Source: Octopus vulgaris (lineage: Eukaryota). From it: DNA of 64,000 nt. Under the pieces are notes generated by a model, which made no database searches, was not told the origin of the DNA, and saw only the letters and a list, made by a program, of their open reading frames with translations. This document shows, piece by piece, positions 12,921 to 35,003 of this stretch; within the stretch, counting starts at the first letter, position 1; every line of letters begins with the position of its first letter. The translations under genes were made by a program, and so were the position numbers. The DNA is taken from contig OX597825.1 in assembly GCA_951406725.2 (NCBI GenBank), positions 17,794,001-17,858,000 of the forward strand. The letters are read 5' to 3'.

Positions 12921-14231
12921 ATACTGTGTTGCAATCTGGTTCTCTTACTTTGATAGTATGTTTAATCCCCATGGAGATATCTCCTATCACTCACAATGGC
13001 AGACTTAGTTTCATATAGAGAAATCCTTTAAAGTTGCTTCAAATCCAGAAATCTCGTTAACATCAACAACACAACCATGCTTGTGTTTATACTGTTTTTG
13101 AGCTACCTACTGCACTCACTTTGGAGTTTTGGCCGAAGCATTAGAGAGTCGGACAAAATATCGGTTGGCAGTCATTCTAGTTCTTTACGTTTTGCATACA
13201 AGTAATGCTTAAGATTCTTATAGACTATAGTGCCACGTTAGTCTTTCACTCCCAATTAGGATAAAATCTCTGGACCCTTTAAACAATACCGAAAAGTTAA
13301 ATCAATCCTCATAATATCTCATATTTCCAAATTATGTATTTTTCTTTACACAGAAGTCTGTCTGAGGTATTTAATCTGCAAAATTACGCGTCAAAGAATT
13401 ATCGGCCTTACCAACTCCTATTTTTTTGTTTATATCAAGAAAGCCTTCGAAGATGTTTTCAACTGCGACACCTAAGTTAATATTATCAAAAAAACCTCCG
13501 TTGCACCTTCATAATTCAGCAAGGAAATTTCACTGAATCAATTATTTGCGTTTTGTCGAAAGCGCTCTGCTACAGGGTTTAAATCGCTGAAAATTTGTAG
13601 CTCTCAGATTGAATGACGTATCAGAATGTGTGAATATTATTTATCGGTAATTTTTAACGACAAAACACGAGAGTTCCTCTTTAAAGTCCACTACATAAAA
13701 CATATCACTCACACTTATAACAAACCACATAATCATGCAAAAAGAAACCAAAAAAAAAAACTTCGTAAACTTTTATACTCGCAACAGCTTTAATAACCAA
13801 ATTCCACGCATTTCAAAGAAGCAATCTTTCAGTGCACCCTTCTTAGTCATAAACAACATGCCAGAAAGCGCTCAAATCATTAAAACAATATATTGCCGAA
13901 ATCCGAATAATTCTGCTGATGGCGTCATGTTTATACATGTAGATACATTTATGAGTGTGATAGTGTACGTGGGTTTGATCTGTGTTTGTGTGCTGGTGTG
14001 TGCGTGTATGTATGTGTGCGTGTATTTGTGTTAAATGTGAAACCATATACGCCTATCTCTGTACGTATGTGTTTATATAGATGTATGTTTATATTGGTAC
14101 AGATGTATGAATGGACACATATATATATTGTGAAATGAGATTTTTATTGTAAGTGAATTCAAAATCACGATTAATTCTATTTCACAAAATCAAAACATCA
14201 ACGTGACAGATACTCTGCTTATTTCGTGTGA

Positions 14232-14267
<36 letters not shown>

Positions 14268-14269
<2 letters not shown>

Positions 14270-14560
14270 GATGGGCACAGCTTAGTGGTTAGCGTGTTGC
14301 ACTCACGATTGCGAGATCGTGGGTTCGATTCCCAGACAGGGCGTTGCATTTTGGTCTTGAGCGAAGCACATCATTTCACGTTGCTCTGCGAACATTTCGT
14401 AATCTGACATGTGGCACCCAATGCACATGTATAGGTAATGTAGATTTGGAGGAATGAGCTTACGTCTACACAAACATTTGATCACTATAAACAAATCTTC
14501 TGTGTGGCTGCTTGATAAGAGATTGTCGAACTCTCATACTTCATCTAACGAGGGGAGAGT
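14268..14560 (+). mobile_element. tRNA-derived SINE
   Basis: A box agcttagtggttag and B box gggttcgattccc followed by gtcttgagcgaagcac. Confidence 0.7.
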
Positions 14561-16069
14561 TCGTTATATGTGTGTGTGTGTGTGTATACGTACATGTATG
14601 TATGCGTTTGTGTGTGTATGTATCTATGCATGTATGCACTTAAGAATAGGATTCTTATTGGGTAATAAAATTTCATTTCTTTCTGATCCTTTACATATTA
14701 AATTTAATCTCAAAAATGATATATCGTTGATTGTCAAAATGTCATAAATGAAGATGATATAATGTATCCATCACACACACAGTGTAAGGTTCTGTCCCCG
14801 TCAGTCACTTTTAACCGTACTGTTACATCTGATCCTTTGGTCAATGAAGTAATATAGATATTATATCATTACAAATCTGTCTTCGTCTTGTTATCTGATG
14901 TCCAGTGACCCCATATATGTTGGGTTTTTCAAAATAGCATTATGAGTGTGTCCAAAAACCTATTACGAATATTGTGGATAAAATTTTTGTTCCTTTTTAT
15001 GTTAAATCGAATTCCATATAGCGAACTCACGTGCCTCATTGGAAATTACTCTTCGAAGTTTATTATATAAGTTCATCATAATACGTCTGTTATCATTCTT
15101 TTTACAGTTATATCTCCAACACAAAATATAAGAAACGCATGCGTATAGTGTAAGATTATCCTGCTTATGAACTCGCCAAAAGTATTACATAAGATCCAAT
15201 ACACAAAGAAACAACTCTGGCAATTTCTATCCAATGAACAATCACAAAGTTTATATTTTCAAATTTTGTAGATGATCTTTTTGCAGGTATTGTAAATCTC
15301 AATAAATATTCAGAATATATTGCGTTGGAGGTAATATATAATATTTTATACGTTACGACTAGAGCGGTCTTTTTATTCATATATATTTAACCTCGATATC
15401 TTCCTTTTTTACTAAACTGCGGAACATCTCGAAATTGTGAACACATTCGTCAGGTGTGATTTGATTTGCATACGGGTCAGCATTTCATCAGAATATTGCA
15501 ATTCATAGATCACGATTGTAGATCAAAGGCTTGTTATTTTGAGACGATAAGGAATTGAAAAGCTTTCTTACGTACATGTTTTGTATATTAACTTCAAATT
15601 TAGAATCATGACCGATTTTCATTAAAATAGTCTTCATGTACATCAAAAATCTTTGTTTACCACCACCGTTGATTACAAATTCAAGTGTAATTTCACCATT
15701 GCAAGAAACTCCACCGTTCATACGAATATAAAGTACAGAACCATTGAGCTGAAATGTCTTGGCTTCCGAATATTTGGTCTATGTTTCACACGACAATTCT
15801 CTGTTGTTCCTTTGCTTTTTCTTTGTCGGTCGAACAGCAAGACATCATATCTTGAGGCTCATATTATGCATCAAAATGTGCTATGATTTCCACACTACTT
15901 GGTGATGGGGAAAAATGTATGTAGCGTTAAAATAGAGACATCGGACTGAGGGGTTTCGTCAAACAAAAGTGTGATTCAATTTGGATGTTAAATGGGATGA
16001 CTGTTAAAATAATGAAGTAGTGGCAAAGACAAAAACCATGAGAATCCAAACCATCATTGAAAAATATGA

Positions 16070-16550
16070 AGCCGATGGTTAAGACATGCAAAGTGATTGC
16101 CAGAGAACGCCTAATGAGATCCTGTGCTCTGAGCTTGCAGACGGTCATCGGCCAATGGGTGCACCTAAGATATGCTTCTCTGACTCGATCAAGAAGACCA
16201 TGCCATTGATCAACATCCTACCTGTCAACTGGGAATATGTCGAAGAAGACCGTAAGTACTGGACGCGAGTATGCGTAGAAGGAGCGGTTACAGCAGACTT
16301 TGTTCCATACCAGCAGGCTGAAGAAAAAAGAACCAGAAGGAAGGTAAGAGCACGGCAGCGACTTCTTGGAGAGTTACCGTCTCTGCAGCTTCGGTGCAGG
16401 TTCTGTGAACAAAAGTTCATCTCAAGCATCGGAAGGTACAACCGTGAAAAATGGAAGCATTACTAAGAATGATAAATAAGCGAGGAAGAGAATAACCTTT
16501 AAAATATACTCGACTTCGAGATAATGCCAAAGAAGAATAAGAAAAAGAAG
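16070..16550 (+). mobile_element. RTE-clade LINE 3' end (decayed)
   Basis: RTPNEILCSELADGHRPMGAPKICFSDSIKK...WE...DRKYW and a C-terminal CRFC zinc-finger-like segment, followed by an (AAG)-rich tail. Confidence 0.8.
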
Positions 16551-16783
16551 ATATTATATGAGTGTAAGAATACAAAATGTTCATTGATACCTGAAATTAT
16601 TTCCTGGTAATTCGTTATGTAGTAATAGGGCACCTATTAGACATCATTTTACAAGAAAATCAAATCTCATTAACACAATTGTGAGTGAGTACGTGCGCAT
16701 TTGTGGGTGTGTGTCAATGTCCATACATGTACGTGTGTGTTAGGGTATGTGTGCCGTGTATGCGTGAATAATTGTCTGTATGC

Positions 16784-16828
<45 letters not shown>

Positions 16829-18423
16829 TAGAGAGAAAGAGAGAGAGATACTTATATATATATGATGCACATGTGCCTATGTCTGTGTTTCTTTGTGTAT
16901 CAATATATATAAATATGTGTGTTAATACTTATGTCTTTGAGTATATGTGTTTCTGCGAGCAATTAAGCGTACTAAATATTCCGTCATCTTAAGCTATCTT
17001 CTGACAGACAATATTTCTCTTTGATTAATTACTTCTTTTTAACTTTGCTTCATACAATTAGTTCTAAGAAGTTTAGCATTTATGTGTGTTTTTCTTCATG
17101 ATTTGCTTCCTTTTCATTTCTCTTTTTCCCCTTCCCTATCTTTTGCCATCAGCAAACAATTCGTTTGTCTTGGGAAACGTGTACGACATTGTTCGTTTAC
17201 ATAGTATTCTTGGTTCGCACCATGTAAAACAAGCAGTTTTTCTGTTTGCATTGCTGTTTAATTAAAGCTTCTGACTCAACAAGGCAACTTAAATAAATAG
17301 TAGTTAGAATGTGTTGTTGTGTAATGTTCTTTCTTCCATCGTGTTTCTCTTCGGTAAACTGACGATATCTGCATAGTTACGAAAATCTTCTTGTATCGTC
17401 TTCGCTCTTACTTTGAATAATAGCATCGGAATTTATCTTTTAAAACTTTCTGCCTATCATGTTGTTTACTTTAAGTGGGTCGATCGGTCTGCATCTCTTT
17501 AAATAAAGATTATTTTAGATGACTTTTCTGGATGGTGACGGAGGAGAGGAATCATGCAGTTAAATTTTCTGTTTCCCACGTAATTTTATCTCCAAGAACA
17601 GCCAACGATGTTTATTCAAGAATTTCTTCTTTTAATACAATTTTCTCATGAAACCATAATAGATACCAAATGCTGGTAAACCTTCAGCAAAGATTGAATT
17701 TGGTATAAGATTTCGAAATTTAATCAAGACAATGAATCGTTTATTTATTTCTTTTTCGAAGAATTTCATGACAAACATTTACACGGAATGCGAGAAAGTT
17801 GCTAACATCGATTATTGCATATTACCATTATTATCAAAATATGACAGTGAAGAGTTAGAAGTTATGTCCCCAAAACTTCAGTGAAGAGTTAGAAATAGCA
17901 ACCACATCTCCATCATCATAAAACACGCTATATTATTTAAGTATTAATAAACAAAAATATTGACGAAAGCATTCATAAATCAATTGGTTCTGAATATAAA
18001 ATGGAGGGGCAGAACAACAACTCATCTATCAGAAAAAAATTCGATTAGAGGCCGTCATGTATAACTTTCAAGTTGGACAACAAACATGTCGTGAAGATAG
18101 GATTAGCAAATTCATCATATAAAAAAAATTGTATTCAAAATATAAAGAAAAAAATCCAAAAATTCTTATGTAATTGCTTATGAAACTTTCATATACACAA
18201 CGTTACGTTACGACAACGTATATACTGTTTCGTAAACATAGAGTAAACATATGTATATGATGACGCAAATTCAGATGAACATATGTAGTCATACACACAC
18301 TCAACACATACACATTCACCTATACACACATAAACACATGTACATACATATACAGAAGCACATATGCATGCAGTACGTATGTATGTACGTATGTATGTAT
18401 GTATGCATGTATGTATGTATGTA

Positions 18424-18467
<44 letters not shown>

Positions 18468-19004
18468 TGTATGTGTGTTTATGTATATATGTATGTGTAA
18501 GTGTTTTCTTCAGCTTTTAATTATTCGAAATATGCAAAGATCCATCATTGGGATGTAGCTAAAAATAATAAATTCACATTTTGAACTTCAGAAAAGTCTT
18601 GCCTTTTGTTTGTTTAAATATATGCACACATGCATGCCTGTATGTATGTATGTATGTATGTATATGCGTATGTATGTTTGTGTGTATGTATGTGTGTACC
18701 TCTGTGTCTATATGTATGAATGTGTGTGCATGTATGTCAGTTTGTGTGTGTGTGAACGTTATGAATGCCAGAAGCAACATTAGTTCAAATTAGCAATCTA
18801 TATATCACACTGAAAGCAGATATGCAGATATGCAGAAATACTGTTGAAAGTCTTTCATACTGCGACATACGTCTCGTGATATAATTCGTTTTACACGTAT
18901 AATATTTCGTCTGTTGCTAATGTATTTCCAGGTATATGGATTTGAAGGCTTTTAATAGAATAGCTACTCTTAGAGCGATATACAGATTACTTTCATATAC
19001 ATAG

Positions 19005-19073
<69 letters not shown>

Positions 19074-21943
19074 AGAGTGTGTTGCTCTCTACATTTCATG
19101 CGCACCTTGAAAGTAATGAAGAACCGAGATGACTGAGGAAAGACCATGGATTTTATGTGGCTGCGTAACTCCAAGCCAACGTTAATAAAAAAGATATTGT
19201 TAATCTGGCAATGTCCAGTTTTTATCACTGTTTATGGATATATTTTGTAATTTACCATATTGATTCCAAAGATTGTATGACGCCACTTGTGCAAAACTTG
19301 GCTGCTACCTCTAGCTTTTCATGTGAACGCTTCAGGAGTTTCTCCACGGCTCTTGTTCATTCGTTATCTAAATCCTAATGTATTGCTTCTAATCCTTAGT
19401 ATAACTCACAATAATCTAACTAACTCTTTCACAAATTCTCAGTGTTCTCTCTACTTTAAGACAGAATTAATCCCGTAATGCAACACCCAATACCGAAGGA
19501 CTACGTACAGGGAATAAACATACAAAGCCTATTCTTCCCAGTATTTAAACTCAGATGAGTGGATTAACTACGCATGTTTAAACTAATACCAGTTGCGCCT
19601 ACCTAACAAATGATCTTAAAATATACGCACAACCGAAGACTTGAGTCTGCCATTAAATCTGAAACCTCTGAGTCGCGATTGGTTACAAATACTCGCTTTT
19701 CGCCATCAAAACTAGATAATGAAGTTACAGTCAATAATGTATAACTTTACTTGAATCCATCAGTCTTTTAAACTTTAAACTAAGATTTATGGGAATATTA
19801 ATTAAGTGCGAGGCAAAACAATTAAGCAACAACCGGGTCAGTTTCAAGTATTCAGTTACATATTTCTAACATCTATGATCAGATCAGATCACAACCTTTG
19901 ATAAACTATCAGTCCAGGCCAACGACATTCTTTCTACAAAAATTTCTTTTACATTTCAGAAGTGCGTGTTTACAATATAAAATTACGGGGTTGTAACTGA
20001 GAATTTTTATCACTTAATTCTGAATTTCCTGTAACACAACGAAAATTCAAAGAACACGTGATATCGAAGAAAATTATATCTAGGTGTAAACCTCTTCAGG
20101 CTTCGTGCTCAATTCCAATATTCAAGAATTCGTGGACCCAAAGGGGTATGCGCTTAATATCCTATTGTGAAGCGCATAATGCTTGGATCAATGAAGACAC
20201 TGCTCCAAAATGATGGTTGTTTCCAGCAGTTATTTATATCCGCCCAACTCATTCTTGATATACACATGTTGTTCGAGCTTGCGCTTTTACCAAACGTGTG
20301 TTAGCAACACACATTTTTCTGTATACCGAACGGGATAAAGTGATATTTGAATACTATTCATAGCAGGTCAACCCACTCTTATTCCCTCCCTACATTCTGT
20401 CACCCTCCATTTTACTTGAAATGATGTCTTGGTAGAAGCATATAATTTACGACTATAATGTGTAGCTTTCATATATCGCTCATCTTAACAGGTTTCATTT
20501 ACTAATTGTTAATGATTTAAGTATTAAACAATTTCATCTTATATGGATAAGAAGGTACTATTTATTTAAGTTTATATTTTCATGCGGCGATCTGGTAGAA
20601 TCATTTGTGCATCGGAAAAACCATTAATCGAAATTTCTTCAAGTTCTTTACGTTCTGAAATCATTTTAAGTAGAGGCCAACTTTGCCTTTCATCCTTTCG
20701 GTTTCTGTGAAATAAATACGAGTGGAGCAGTCACTGGTATTCATATTAATTTGCTGACCTTGTGCCAAAATTAGAAAGAATTTATTTAAGTATTCATGGC
20801 TTTTTATCCAGTCATGTATTTAAACAGTTAATTCATTATTTATTGGAGTATTAATTTAGTCTAATCAAGCGGGCAATATAAATCATTTATTGGTTTCAGT
20901 CATTTGACTGCGTTGAAGGGTTTAGTCGAACTATTACGCCCAATGTTTATTTCTATTAATTTTAGTAATTATTCAATCAGAGGTTTGCCGAAATGCTAAA
21001 CTGCGGAGACATAAGACCAGCAGCGGATGTCAACCGCTTTCCAGGGTTGACCAAAAAAGACACTCATACACAAGAATACATACATAGATATAATGCATGC
21101 ATACATGCATACATGCATTCATACATATATACATGCACATATATGTAGTATTCTGTTTCGTGATGGTAAGTTCAACAAAAATGTACATCATCTGGTGAGA
21201 GTTGAATATATTTAATAAGCACAATACATGTTTTTATGTTTTACTATATACTTACATATATATACATACATATATATATATATATATATATGTTATGCGA
21301 TACTATATATATATATTTATGTGTTACTATATATATATTAAATATGTATCATATATATACATACACAAATGTATATCCATACGCGCATACGTGCATACAA
21401 ACACACACACACACACACATATATATATATGCATATATACATACATATGTATATATGGACACCGGATAATATTTTATATGTTGTCATCTCTTAAACTTCC
21501 TTTGCATCTATTCAATCAAATGTAATAAATTGATTTCAAATTTCGGCACAATGGTATCAAATTCGTGGGTGAGGTTAAGTCGATTACATCGACCCCCAAT
21601 GCTCAACATAGTAGTTATGTTATCGACCCAGAAAATTGAAAGGTTAAGGCGGAACAGGAACTCAGAATGTAAAAGCGGTCAATTTTGCTGAGCGTGATAA
21701 CACTTCTGCCTTAACTAAATGTATTAATATTGACGTCAACCCACGAACAATTACATAGGTTATCTTACAAATGGTATACACTTATATGTGTGGTTGTCAA
21801 AATGTCTTCTGGTTTTCTGTTTATTACTTTGCAAATTAAAAGTTTTAAATCCTCAATAATAATAATAATAATAATACTGGCAACAAACATGGACATCAAA
21901 CTCATCGTATGTCTATATATATTCTTTGTGTTTAAATACTTAC

Positions 21944-22093
21944 GTTCTTTTACACCACCTTCATGTCTTTTTTGTCGGTACCAAGTGACAGTTGGCTGAG
22001 GTATTCCTGTTACATTGCAAACTAAACTAACTGTTTCCCCTTCTCTTACGTTCGTATCTACGCTTGATAAGTGATCAATGATTTTCGGCGGCA
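21944..22093 (-). CDS. Same Ig exon, identical copy in left-hand duplicate block
   Basis: Identical by eye to 29477-29626, including both splice sites; GETVSLVCNVTGIPQPTVTW is an I-set/C2 Ig B-C strand motif. Confidence 0.9.
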
Positions 22094-25000
22094 CTGAAAG
22101 TAGAAAAAAGAAATGTTATTTTTTTCTGATTATCTGAAGGTAGTTTGTAGTTACATTTATTAAACTGAAAACGAAGAAAATACATTTTGAAAAAGAATGA
22201 TATTTGAAAATGTCACTCAATTGTTGTATAGTTTTATTTCGATATCAAAGCTAGAATCCATGTATATGAAGGTGAATATCAATGACAATTACTGTATCTT
22301 TGTTTGTCCCAGAACATGAATCTTAGAATAGAATTCGATATGAAATCATTCGGGTCTATTAACTACTTTCGTTTCTCACCAACAGTTTCGTTACAGGACA
22401 AACAGAGTTGTAATTTCTCTGTTATCGGGTCAGCCTAGGCAGTAAAGATTTTCTATTTCCGTTCTCATATAAATGCTTGGGTTTCGTGTATGGTCATAGT
22501 ATTTTTTTTCTTCAGATCTGATTAATTTTATTAGGCGTTGTTATGGCTGAGTGTTTCGTGTCAGTTTCATGTATGTTGAACTCAGCGCCAATGAGTGTCC
22601 TCTCAGAAACCATAATCCTTATTACAGTGGATATAAAATTGAATTTATAATTTAACATAAAGGATTTTCTCATAACAAAAAATGCTCTATGGTAGATTTG
22701 GCAAAGACATTTTTTGTAACTTACGAGCAACGTGTATGCATTCCACTATTATAAAACACAAAAATAATGAATGAAATCTTAAAAAAGATTAAATTGAAGT
22801 GAAATTATTTACTTGGATGAGTCTCTTATATATGAAAGAAACATATGAGTGTTTTCAACATTCATTATCATTATCATTTTTAGTAAATTACCTAAATGAA
22901 AGCTGGAAGTATAGAAAACAGTTTTTCAGTTTTTTGAATCTTCGGGAAATGAAAGAAGGTGAAAATTATTTATTTATCGGACAGAAACGTGGCCCAAATT
23001 TTAAAATTATTTCGCAGGTGCACATGAACCTGATCTCTTAAGCTCGAAGTAAGATTAAGTTTAACAGCTACAAACAAAAATAGATCTTCAGTCGGGATTC
23101 CACAGTGTGTTGTCTGCCAAATTTAAATCACAATACTATGCTATGTTAGGACTTATGTTGAACGCAGAAACGTAGTGATGAGTTCAGCTTCCATGCTGTA
23201 AGACTCGGCTATTATTGCCCCATAAAATTAATTGTATGTGAACAGAAACAACGTTTCCATATACGAATGTAGTATATTTATGTGGGAAAGTAAATAGAAA
23301 GTTTATACTCCCAAGGACTACCTGATAACAACAAAAATTTCCTTGTAAAATGGCCGTTGGTGAGAATTCAAATTATACGCCCGATTGACACTCTGCCAAC
23401 TCACTATTGATTTGTACTTTAGATACAAAATCCAAATTTATAGAGGCTCTATTGTTAGTTATATAGTTTTCTAAATGACTTTAGCGAGGCAAAGTATATA
23501 AATACCTTTCAGACAACAATCAAAACACAAGAACAAAACTCAGTCCGAGGGGAAGTAACTTCCGACTTCATAATGCTGTCTAATACTTTTTTTGAAAAGT
23601 ATTATGTTTATCCTAATAGCTGCCGGCTAATGAATACAGAGTAGATTAAAGCAAGAAGGTTTATGCGGTTTCTTTTATGGTAGGTCTCAAAGCAATTAAC
23701 CTTTTTTGCGAGAGAATTACTTTATATCACATACTGTCTTTTATATCTCACGCACATAGTTACACACTACTTTATTATACATTTTAAATGTGTGTGAATG
23801 TATGATTCATTCCCTGTATTTCTTCACCAAAGGTACACAATTTAGCTCTATACTCCAACATATCTTAATTCATTTCAAATTACACACTATATATGAGTGC
23901 ACTCACATACAAAACACTTTCCAAAGTACATATAGTAGTAAAAAAATATAGCATAATTGTGACCCAGTGAAACTTCATCATTACTTTCCACTGGTAAAAA
24001 GAATGAAACGACATTTTTCTCTCTTGGAAACTATTATTGATAAAATAAAATAACATCGACGATTGAAATAAATTTTTCGCGCAATGAATGAATATTTTAT
24101 TTGTTTACCGCTTAGAAAGATTTACCATGTAATTTCAAATGTCATGGTTTAGAAATAAGGAATTGAAATAGGTTTGAGAATTCCATTTATATGGAGATTA
24201 TATTTTTCAAAGCATTCTGTATTGTATTTTATTGTATTCCAAAGTATTCTGTATTGTATTTATTTCATATTTATATAAAAAAGTTATTAACATTATCTGT
24301 TGATAATTATGCAATGCGTTTTTTTTTAAATAGGCAAGGATATTAAATCAACTAACACCAAACTTAACCTACGTCCATGTTCACTTCCCATACGCTTTCA
24401 ATGTAAGAAGGTACTTAATACGCATCGTTGACGCCATTTATGTAAAATTTCAGTTCTAATTGATGATTTCATCGAGAGGCGATCTACGTCATCTATTACA
24501 GGTTTGGTAAAACTGAACTTCAGTTTTATCCTTGAATTTAGCACAACGTCTTCAATAGAGCGTGTGCATTTTACACTAAACTTCCAATAAGGTTTTCGTT
24601 GGTTCTAAACAGCTTTAAACCATTTCTAAATCTAAGACGACTGAATGAGTATATTCTGCGTCTACTTAGAAGTTCATAGCATAATTGGCAAATGACAACA
24701 TAAAGAGATAATGATATCTTAAATATCATAAAATATAAATCACAAAACGTACAATAATGAACAGAAATCATGCTACTATTAAGCTTAATTTCCGATAAAA
24801 ATTACAGGAACTGTAAATTCCATTTTGTATCGTATAACTTCCCTTTTACTTTCTGCTCATAAACATCCCGAAGCTCGCTATTAACTAGACAGGCGAATGA
24901 AATTCTACAGTTGTAAAACATTAACGTACATTTGTTAGTAATTTTGTCATGTTTTTCCTTCTTTCTCTCTAAAATAATACTATAATTTGCTTCAAGCATT

Positions 25001-25222
25001 TATGAAGATAGAAGTTATAGAATGCAACAAAAATAGAATTTGACAATTAAAACGGAAATATAAAAATACAAAATATTTAAGATACTAGGATGTCACTGGA
25101 GCCATATTAATACTAATTAAGTATGCCTAAGTTAATATTTCAATACATCCCAATGCCTTAAAATTGATTCTTAATGCGCCAAATATATTGCTTTCAATAT
25201 CCATGTTACCAAACATACACTA

Positions 25223-25445
<223 letters not shown>

Positions 25446-26378
25446 TATATATATATCATATAAGCAAGGTAACGATTTATATTAGAGAGTTCATATGTGT
25501 TGATCGTTTTATTTCAAACACTATTATTTCAAACTCCACAAAAATCAGCTGCGCACTTCATTTTTTAGAGAAGAGTAAAAGTTTAGTAATGAGGTCACTT
25601 GTTTTTTACCTTTTCTCCCTTCAAGGGAACTTTGTCAGATATAAGCATATTCATTTCCATTCATGGATACCCTGCTTCAATAGTATTAGGTACATAAAAA
25701 TGTTTTTAACAAATGCGGAGGAGAGTGTAAGACAGCTACACATACCCCAATGCTCAACTGGTACTCCTTTTATCGATCGCGATATGATGAAAGGTGAAAT
25801 TTGACATCGACAAAATTTGAACTCTGAACGTAAAGACGAACGAAATGCCGCTAAGTATATAGCCCGGCGTGCTAACGATTCTGCCAACTCGCCACCTTAA
25901 AAGTTTTCAATATTAAATGTATGTCTGCAGCAGTTGGGATTGATTTTTCCATGATTTTGGCAACCTCAGATTCAAACTTTCAAATTTATATTAAATTTCA
26001 TTTCAGATTCCATAGAATATGAAATGTTACTGAAATGAATGGAGATCCTTGGAGAAATAGAGTTTGAACTAATTCCAAACATAAATTTTAAGAAAAATAA
26101 AGTATGAGAATGGACACCATAAAGACAATTTTAATCCGTTAATACAACTGATTGACTGATTTTATGCATGGGCCTGTCTCTGAAGCGATTTATATGGTAA
26201 TGATCAAAATAATAGATTTGTTACACTACTGATAACTCCATCAGCGCGGTGTTCACAGTGGATAAATCAGATTTTGGAACGGCTCATTTTCTGCTGATTG
26301 ATATTATTGAAACCAATTTCATTTTATGAAATCAATTAAAGGCCACTGACAAAAAACACACTCAAACACCCACATCCT

Positions 26379-26465
<87 letters not shown>

Positions 26466-27451
26466 AAAAACAAAATGGGACAAGAACGCAACACATCCGA
26501 ACATGTAGGTGATACAAAAGGGGACAACAAAACATCCTGATAAGCGATACAAAGAAAACAAGGACGGGTCATTCGAAGTTTTCTTTACTCATTCAAGCAC
26601 CAGATCGCAATTTCGGTTGATTATTCTCGAGATTGCTCCAATCTGGCCAGCCCCAAGAATAATCTAAGCTAAGTGCATTAGATTCCTTGGAAGAAAGCAG
26701 CGAATGTATACAAAAGCGAGGACGGGAAAAAAACGGACAATGTTACACAAATATAATTACAATACAAAAACATATGAGTATATAGATACATGTGTATGTG
26801 TATTGCGCATTTAGGAAATATAATAAGTATATGTTATATAGCCTAGCATAGTAGATTATATATTTTAGCACTTATATTGATTTATATACGCTATTGACAC
26901 CATTTATACCCTAAATGTGTATATTGATTGCAAACGTAATCCCACACCATACCACTAGATGGTAATTAGTGACGAAAATAATGTCGTTAAAACTGTGTGC
27001 ACCACATCGTAACATCAGCAGAATTTAACATATCCCGAACAATTGTGTGTACTTTTCACTCTATGTATTTCACTGCTGTAATGAGTAAAAGTATTTGGTC
27101 ATCCAAAGTCGGAGAGCCACGGGATAAATTACCTGCATCAACTTGATCTAAAAGCAAGTAGTAATTTTACCTTGTCCTTATTCTTCACGTGCACGTTTTG
27201 AAAAGTGCAGTTCGATTTTCATTTTTTTTTTCAAAATTATAATGGAAGTGACAAAGGGGCATATTTGGCATATTTTTCTTTATGAGTTCAATAATGCAAC
27301 AACGAAATACAAAATGAAGGGAATAGTAATGTATGAGGATCCGATAAAAGCAGATGCCAGTATCAACAGCTGTTCCAGAAATTCCGAGCCGGAAACTTCA
27401 GCCTACAAAATGAGCCCTGTTCTGGAAGATCCGTAGAACTTAACTAGGACG

Positions 27452-27551
27452 NNNNNNNNNNNNNNNNNNNNNNNNNNNNNNNNNNNNNNNNNNNNNNNNN
27501 NNNNNNNNNNNNNNNNNNNNNNNNNNNNNNNNNNNNNNNNNNNNNNNNNNN
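27452..27551. other. Assembly gap (100 N)
   Basis: Run of exactly 100 n. Confidence 0.99.

Positions 27552-35003
<7,452 letters not shown>

Noticed and set aside
12985-13080. Possible extra minus-strand exon ending at a gtgagtgatag donor-like site
   Set aside because: No Ig-like translation seen; the frame followed hits a stop and no clear acceptor was found.
15250-15410. FVDDLF as a Penelope-like RT catalytic motif on plus
   Set aside because: Single short motif bounded by stops with no other RT blocks recognisable; would need a translated search to rescue.
20064-20105. Minus-strand CGAAG C CUGAAGA GGU-uuac-ACC ... CUUCG hammerhead-like fold (duplicate near 27593-27634)
   Set aside because: GAAA is absent (UAGAUA instead) and register is off; compatible with chance.
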